DNA of 64,000 nt, from NCBI RefSeq assembly GCF_000143415.4, contig NW_003314268.1:604128-668127 (forward strand). Direction: 5' to 3'. This document shows positions 57,100-64,000 of the stretch, piece after piece. The stretch is from Selaginella moellendorffii (lineage: Eukaryota; Plantae; Lycopodiophyta). The notes below the pieces were generated by a model. That model was not told where the DNA came from and ran no database searches. It saw nothing but the letters and a program-made list of their open reading frames with translations. How positions within the stretch are numbered: the stretch's first letter is position 1; each line of letters opens with the position of its first letter. A program made the position numbers and the translations under genes.

Positions 57100-59724
57100 A
57101 TGGGTTTGAGTGATCGTGGTAGGAATGGCAGCAATCTTCATCTTTTTCCTCTTTTAGTTCTAGTCGCAATTGGAGCTGCCGGCACTGCTCGAGCTTCCCA
57201 GTGCTACCACGTGAATCAGACCACGTCTTACAACAACGATGGCGGCTACTGGCAATATCCCCTCGACACCGACGGATTGAGCGGGCGCTACACGGGCTAC
57301 TGGTCCAACACCACTGACATCGAATTGGGCGACATCACATTCCAGCTCTGGTTCCTCACTTACGACGATCACAGCTTCACGCTCTCTCTCGTCGCCATGC
57401 GCGAGCCCACCCGGAAGTGGGATCTCTACAGGCCCGTAGTGCTGTGGACCGCCAACCGGGACAGGTACTTTGGAGAGGGCGCGACGCTCGACTTTGGCGC
57501 CGATGGAGAGCTCATCGTCCGGGAGAATGGGCTTACAGTGTGGTCGACCGGCACGGCCGGGAAGGGCGTCACGGCGATGTGCATCACCAATCTGGGCAAC
57601 CTCTTGCTGACAAACTCCACCGATCATATCATCTGGCAGAGCTTCGATTCTCCATCGGATACAATCTCCACGCAGGTGGCGTTCAAGCCCGGGAATCGCC
57701 TCGTCAGCTGGGCTTCCCCCAAGGATAGCAGCCAAGGATCGTACAGCCTCGCCATGGAGGAAAATCGCCTCGCCCTCTACTTCAACTCGGAGGTCTACTG
57801 GAGTTTCGAGAGTGATGGTGGGGATCCAGGAAGCAGTGACTTGTTTGCAGCAGTGTGCTGGCAGACGAATGGTCTCATGTCGCTCGATCTCCAGCGCAAT
57901 GCGTCCATGCCGGAGTACCAAGGGTTTCTGTCGGCGGAGTCGTGCCAGAGCTCGGCACCCGTGAAGAGATTCGAGCTGCTTCGTAATACCCAAAACTTCA
58001 CGTATGGAACCTTCCTCAAGCTCAACACCATGGGCGATCTCACCGTCTACACCTGGAACACCACGGGTGACTACTGGTACGCTGCGTTTAACCTCTCGAG
58101 CAACTTCAGCTGCTTCCTCCCTCAAGCTCAAGAGTGTGGCCCATACGGGATCTGCAACAAAGGGGACGGGCAATGCTGCCCTGGTTCTCTCAATTACCAG
58201 GGTGGTGTTTGCGGTGCTAGGAGGCCTCTGCCGCTTGATCCCAGAAGATGTGAGCCCCATGAGATTGTGCGAATGGAAGGAGTGGACTACTTCTCTACCA
58301 ACTTTAGCACGGAACTGCCCGTGGTGGACGAAAGCGAGTGCCGTAGGAGATGCGAGGTCAATTGCTCGTGTATGGCTGCGTTTTTCAAGGAGAAGTCGTG
58401 TTTCCAGACGCACGAGCCCATCCAGTCCATGATAACAGGGGAATACACGGGTCTTCTCAAGGTGGCAAAGACTAGCGTGGAAAATTATGGAAATCAGACT
58501 CTGGTGTATCGAGTGGCTTTGCCGGTGCTGCTGCCAGCATTGGTGTTGCTTGTGGCGCTTCTGGCTTGGATCTGCTGGAAGAAGTCTTTGGAGAAAGCTG
58601 GCGGGGAATCAGACAAGGAGGAGGAAGAGTTGGAGATGTCCTTGCGGGATTGCATGCCCAGGAGATTCACTTACAAGGAGCTGGAGCAAATCACTGGGGG
58701 TTTTAGCAAGTGTCTGGGACAAGGTGGATACGGAAGTGTTTACCGAGGAAGCCTAGAAGACGGTAACCAGGTTGCCGTCAAGAAGCTCCAGGGCTCGAAT
58801 CAAACCAGCCGGGATTTCTATGCGGAAGTGGCGAGCCTTGCAAGGACGAATCACTTGAACCTGGTGAAGTTCATGGGATTTTGTGCCGAGGGGCCAAGGA
58901 AACGCTTGCTCGTTTATGAGTTCGTGCCAAATGGCTCTCTGGAGAAATGGATCTTTGGCGATGATGGTGGCGATGATAGTTCTCCTCAACAACAGGATGG
59001 ATCGGGTGGCTTGTCGTGGGACTTCAAGTTCCGGATTGCCGTTGGCACAGCTCAAGGATTGTGTTACTTGCACGAGGAGTGTGCGGAGAAAATTATTCAC
59101 CTGGATCTCAAGCCGGAGAACGTTCTCGTAGACATCGGATTCGTGCCAAAGATTGCCGACTTTGGGCTGTCCAAACTCATGAATCGCGAGGTGACATACC
59201 TGCAAATGACGAGCATGCGAGGAACTCCGGGCTATCTTGCTCCGGAATACTTGCAAGTCGGGACAATCACTGAAAAGAGCGACGTTTACAGCTTTGGAGT
59301 GTTGCTGCTGGAGATCATCACCGGATGCAGAAACAAGTACATGTCAAGCGATTACCTTAGAAGCTTTTCACTCGGTGGTTTTTCACGCCAGAAAAGTTTC
59401 ACGAAGTCAATCAGCAAAACACGGAAGAACTTATACAACTGTGATGGTGGACCTTCAGGAGGAGTTGCTGATAAGTACCAAGAAGCTGGGATGGAGAGAT
59501 TGAAAGCAGTAGCATATTTGTGCGTGCAAGATGATCCCGACCTCCGGCCCTCGATGAGCACTGCTCTGAAAATGATGGAAGGACTAATTGAGCTACCAGA
59601 GACGCCACCTCTGTCGAGCTTGCATTTTTTCCTTGGCTATCGATCCAAGGTGAAGCTGCCATCGAGTTCCACGTCCAAGAGCATGTTTTCACTCAGCTCG
59701 GTGGATGAAACTTCAACTTTGTGA
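57100..59724 (+). CDS. G-type lectin S-domain (SD2-like) receptor-like Ser/Thr kinase
   Basis: Signal peptide, B-lectin (VLWTANRD, IWQSFDSPSDT), EGF/PAN cysteines, TM, and kinase motifs GQGGYGSVY, VAVKKL, HLDLKPEN, DFG and GTPGYLAPE. Confidence 0.95.
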   Translation: MGLSDRGRNGSNLHLFPLLVLVAIGAAGTARASQCYHVNQTTSYNNDGGYWQYPLDTDGLSGRYTGYWSNTTDIELGDITFQLWFLTYDDHSFTLSLVAMREPTRKWDLYRPVVLWTANRDRYFGEGATLDFGADGELIVRENGLTVWSTGTAGKGVTAMCITNLGNLLLTNSTDHIIWQSFDSPSDTISTQVAFKPGNRLVSWASPKDSSQGSYSLAMEENRLALYFNSEVYWSFESDGGDPGSSDLFAAVCWQTNGLMSLDLQRNASMPEYQGFLSAESCQSSAPVKRFELLRNTQNFTYGTFLKLNTMGDLTVYTWNTTGDYWYAAFNLSSNFSCFLPQAQECGPYGICNKGDGQCCPGSLNYQGGVCGARRPLPLDPRRCEPHEIVRMEGVDYFSTNFSTELPVVDESECRRRCEVNCSCMAAFFKEKSCFQTHEPIQSMITGEYTGLLKVAKTSVENYGNQTLVYRVALPVLLPALVLLVALLAWICWKKSLEKAGGESDKEEEELEMSLRDCMPRRFTYKELEQITGGFSKCLGQGGYGSVYRGSLEDGNQVAVKKLQGSNQTSRDFYAEVASLARTNHLNLVKFMGFCAEGPRKRLLVYEFVPNGSLEKWIFGDDGGDDSSPQQQDGSGGLSWDFKFRIAVGTAQGLCYLHEECAEKIIHLDLKPENVLVDIGFVPKIADFGLSKLMNREVTYLQMTSMRGTPGYLAPEYLQVGTITEKSDVYSFGVLLLEIITGCRNKYMSSDYLRSFSLGGFSRQKSFTKSISKTRKNLYNCDGGPSGGVADKYQEAGMERLKAVAYLCVQDDPDLRPSMSTALKMMEGLIELPETPPLSSLHFFLGYRSKVKLPSSSTSKSMFSLSSVDETSTL

Positions 59725-60149
59725 TGAATGATAATATGCAAATGAATATATAAATTTATATATAGATAATTAAGAGCATCAATCAAGGTCACCTGTTTAT
59801 TATTTAAATTTTTATATATTTATGTTCGCTCATATACATTTTATGCAAACTTTTCGCTTGGACCATGCATGATACATATTAATATTTTATGTATATTTTG
59901 ATGTGTATATGATATAATTATTATATATAAGACTTTTGTGGTGCATTGAGTTGCAGCAACACTTGGTTTGCTTTTTTATCTGATTTTTTATGCTGGAATG
60001 ATCTACTGTTTATTTAATCTGTTTTGAGTAGTCAATATTAAATCCCATTATTAGTTGTATTTTTTATTTTTTATTTGAATATGGTTTTGTAGGAGAATTT
60101 TTTATTTACTCATGATTTTCTATAGGTGATTTTTCTCGTAAAATATATA

Positions 60150-61800
60150 TTATGTTATATTATATATTACAAAATAAAATTTCTCAGGATATGAGAATAG
60201 GTATCTTAATTACACGGTTTAGACCCAAGGTAAGACATAATTTAACTGGTAAATTTAAATTACAGGCATCACAACTAGAATTTATTAATATTTGATAACC
60301 TGTGGTATTTGATATGTAAAGAATAAAATTGGTGGGTATTGCATTGTAGCAATGCTTGGTTTGTTTTTGTTTTTCAATATTTTTTATTATGATATATAAT
60401 TTGTTATGATCTGTCCAGTATGCAAGTGCTATTCCTGCTTTTGTAAATATTTTATCTTTTATCCATATATGATCTATTAGTTTCTTATTATGAGTATTTT
60501 CTTTTATTATTTGTATTTATGTTTCTTTCTCCATTATTGTTTAAAGTGTGTTTTGCTTCTTCTTTTGATAGTCAATATTGAAATCTCTTGTAATTAATTT
60601 TTTATAATTATCTATTTTTTGTATACATTTTGTAGTTCTTTTATGAATATTTGTGTATTTCTTCCAGATTTTCTATATAAATTTATTATCTGTAATTATT
60701 ATTTTATTTCTAGTGATATATATGACATTGCCATTATTTCTGTTTTAAAATGTTCTACTTTTTCTGTTTTTTAGTCATTTGTATGCAATATTTCTATATG
60801 TCGGTGTTGTTTCTGTATATATGATTTATATTTATTAAAATATAAATCCTTGTGCCCATGATTATATTGGAAATTGGGTTCTACTTATAACATAATTTTT
60901 GTTTTTTGTAATATTTATTATTCTTGTTATGTGTTTTTAAACTTGTGTCCAGTTTTTTTATTCTTTTGCTTCACTATTATATTTATTCTTTAGCTATTTT
61001 TTACCTATTTTATATTGGGAATTCTATCCATATTATTTGTTCTTCTTTGATCTGGGTTACATCTTGTAATACTCCATCTGCTGCATTTACTAATCCATCT
61101 TCTTTTTTTATATTTGTGTTATTTCAATTGCCATTTTCTTTTTCAAATGTAATATTTTATATAGTTCTTGTGTTTTTCTTGTGTCATCTGGTATCCTGAA
61201 ATGTGTAAGACAGGAGTTTCCATGTTTGTCTTGTGTTTCTATAATTATATCTATATCTTGTATGTGTTGTATTATTTTTTGTTATGTTCTCTTACTTGTT
61301 CATTAGTTGCAAATATGGAATAATATTCTGTGCTATATGTATTTTTGGTGACTTGTTTATTTATATATTCTAGCTCTATATTTTTTTGTTCTCCCATTTT
61401 TTATTATTCTTAAAACTTTAATAAAGATTGTATCTTCTTTTTGCCTCATTATTTCAGTGAGTTCATAGATTTTAAATTTGTTTTTCCATGGGTGGTGTAT
61501 GAAGACATCATTTTTAGGTCCATATGTTTTTATTTCATAAACTGGTGCTTGAAATGTAGAATTTAATTGATAGAAATCACCTGTAAAAATACAATCCATC
61601 CCACAAAATTTTATTCCACATATTGTTTTGAAGCTTTCATATCTTCTATTTATATATGGTAGCATTTTTATACTTACCATTGATATTGCATCTATTACTA
61701 AGCATTTTATTGTTGAAAACTTTCTCTTATATTTATCTAATGTATCATTTGTTAATGTAATTTGATGTTGTTTTGATACTTCTAGTCAAAATGCAAAAGT
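60150..61800 (-). mobile_element. Degenerate PIF1-type helicase (Helitron-like) remnant
   Basis: IDAISMVS...FCGMDCIFTGDFYQL...YELTEIMRQKED matches PIF1 motifs II-IV. Very AT-rich and fragmented; limits approximate. Confidence 0.7.
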
Positions 61801-63379
61801 TAAATGTATTGTTGAATAAGTTATTTTTCCTATAAGTGATGTTATTTGTGAGTGTTGTTGTGGATTTCTGTGTGCTTCAAAATCTAGAGCCAGTAAGAGA
61901 AGCACTACAAAATTTCAAAGTTATACCAATAGATATTTGTATTATAGAAAAAGCAATTGATAAATAGATAAAAGAGAAGTGTATCTATTTCTAGTTGTTA
62001 GTGATTTTCATATTGCTGAATTATTTGGTGTCTTAAAATGGACAATAATATTTACAACCCTATGGGATTTGAAGATAAATAAAGGGCAATCTTTTCTAAG
62101 AACTCTATAACTATAGACCCTTCAACCAAATTATAAATTTTATCCATCATTGTATCATGCATTGTAGCTCTACATTCCATCATGTCATTTGATATAATAG
62201 AACCAATTATTGTAGCTGATTTATGAGGGATGGAATGCCCTTTACACTTTGCACAAACAATAAAACCATATTCTCTCTCCTCTAAAAACTTTCAACTTGA
62301 GTGAGGCTTTACTGGTTATCAGGGATGAAATATCCACTAATCTGTATAATTGAAAGGAAATATAAATAGTTTACATTACCTTGTCTTTAGAAGTGAGGCC
62401 ATGGTGTGTTTTATAAACTTCATTGAGCCTTTAAATTTCTTTTGAATCAACTAGTGGCAAAAATAAAGTATTTTCAAGTGTTGCTAAATCACCCAATACA
62501 CTCACGCTTTTCATAATATTAAAAAAGTAAGAACTTTGGCATGTATCCAACATATAGATTTGCTACAATATAATGATACTGCTCTTCATGTTCTAGATGC
62601 ATATAAAGCTGTGAACAACATCTTAGAAATGAAAAACTAAATAGGAAAAAATATTACCATAGTCACATCCAAAAGATTATTAGAAGAAGTAATTTTTTTT
62701 AAGGGAAAACACCAATGTTGGCATGTATAACTTGTGGATAAACTCTAGCAGCCATTAAAGATGATATAGAAGCACCTCTAGTTGGTTGTAATCTTAGTTT
62801 AACATCAAAATCATTATAATTTGAATGATAGAAGAATATGTAACATAAAGAACTTTTTCTAAAGTTCCATGGTGGTAAATTGGGTTTTTCTGTTGTTCAA
62901 CCCATTTGAAGGAAGAGAATTATAATCTTGTTAATTTTTAAAGAGTAAGTTATTAAGTGAGAAGCATTTGCCAACTATAAACCTATCACATAATCACTCA
63001 CACACAGATGAATTGCCATATACAGTTAAAGTTTGCAAACCATGCATATCTGTACAATCCATTATATAAGTTAGGTATTTTACACTTTTCAGAGTTTATT
63101 TTGCAAGATGAACTTTGTGATGCAATAGTGGCTTTTAGGATTTAACTTTGTCCTTTTTGCTTGTGAAACTACAAAACCAAAAAGAAATAAAAAAGAGTAA
63201 AACCAAACCTTCATGGGAATTTCTTTTGGTTGATAAATCTTTAGTGGATGACAACTAAAAAATATCCATAGCACTATCCAACATGATTGATTAAACAGAA
63301 TTACCTCTAGTTAATTTATACTAGTAAAAAGAGCCAAAAATTAAAATCCAGAGCCAAAACACAAACTCATTTTGTAAGC

Positions 63380-63900
63380 CAAGTAAAAGTCAATTAGATC
63401 TTAGACGTTCATAGACATTGTCAAAAGGCTCTGTGTTTGAGAATATTCCCCAGCACAGCATCGTCTCTATTACAGGGATGGAATACTGCACCCTATTGAG
63501 ACGAAATACAGCCAATTAAGAAGATCCATTTAGCCTCATCTCCCAAAACATCTCCAAAGATTCCTCACTTCTTCCATTTCTGAGTGTAGCAAGAGAGGAT
63601 CAAGTTCTAGGATATGATATCATGATGATTCCATCCACAGATCCTGGAACATTAGTAAGTCTCCACATCAAATGTACATGGAGATTAATGGGTTTCTATG
63701 GTGTTCTTGTTTACTAGTGTCTCCCACAATCTGGGAGAGAAGAGACTTGGCTTGTGGCAAATTCCCTATAACAGCACAAGCATCAATCATTGATAGTAGC
63801 TGAAATCATTGAGCTTGATACCAATTTGATCCATGAACCTGGAAACTTTGAGAGCCTTGCAATTGCCATTTTGGACGTAGACCCCAATCAATATATTGTA
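63380..63900 (-). pseudogene. Decayed PPR gene fragment
   Basis: Remnants GVYVQNGNCKALKVSRFMDQIGIKLNDFSY and LRNGRSEESLEMFWEMRLNG, with stops and frameshifts. Confidence 0.6.
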
Positions 63901-64000
63901 AGTTAAAGTGTTTCTTTGGCTTATGCTCCAAAAGTACAAGCTCACAATTATTACAAACTATAATCTAATTAATCAAAAATTATAAACATGTTTAAGATTA

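Noticed and set aside
37475-59692. Numerous antisense or alternate-frame ORFs overlapping the GC-rich genes (e.g. 57160-58413, 41093-41869, 42821-43414)
   Set aside because: These are expected shadows of GC-rich codon usage, with no recognisable domains.

Overview
Plant nuclear DNA, most likely the lycophyte Selaginella. This is inferred from the very short 47-65 bp introns, the style of the PLS-class PPR genes and the tightly packed GC-rich genes. Bases 1-37.3 kb are a nested retrotransposon field. It includes a full-length minus-strand Ty3/Gypsy chromovirus (element B, 20506-34677, TSD CTAAA). Nested in B's 3' UTR is a young non-autonomous element with a decayed Ty1/Copia-type interior (element A, 21935-28577, TSD CCTAC). 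There are also solo LTRs, a truncated third LTR family (C) and older fragments. Bases 37.3-59.7 kb are gene-dense: three PPR genes, a COPT/Ctr copper transporter, a GeBP/DUF573 protein, an A-type cytochrome P450, a DUF248 methyltransferase, an orphan protein and a G-type lectin receptor kinase. Bases 60-64 kb hold a decayed PIF1/Helitron helicase and a PPR relic. The main findings are: (1) two short canonical GT-AG introns inside the chromovirus integrase whose removal exactly restores the reading frame; (2) a covarying multi-hairpin, tRNA-like RNA with two T-loops, plus a GACA-loop module, conserved in the 3' UTRs of elements B and C; (3) a Copia-derived parasite whose LTRs share a core motif with Gypsy LTRs and which inserted into that tRNA-like element; (4) a five-copy CCGTAC copper-response array shared by the divergent COPT and PPR genes. 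All alignments, identities and folds were done by eye and need computational confirmation.
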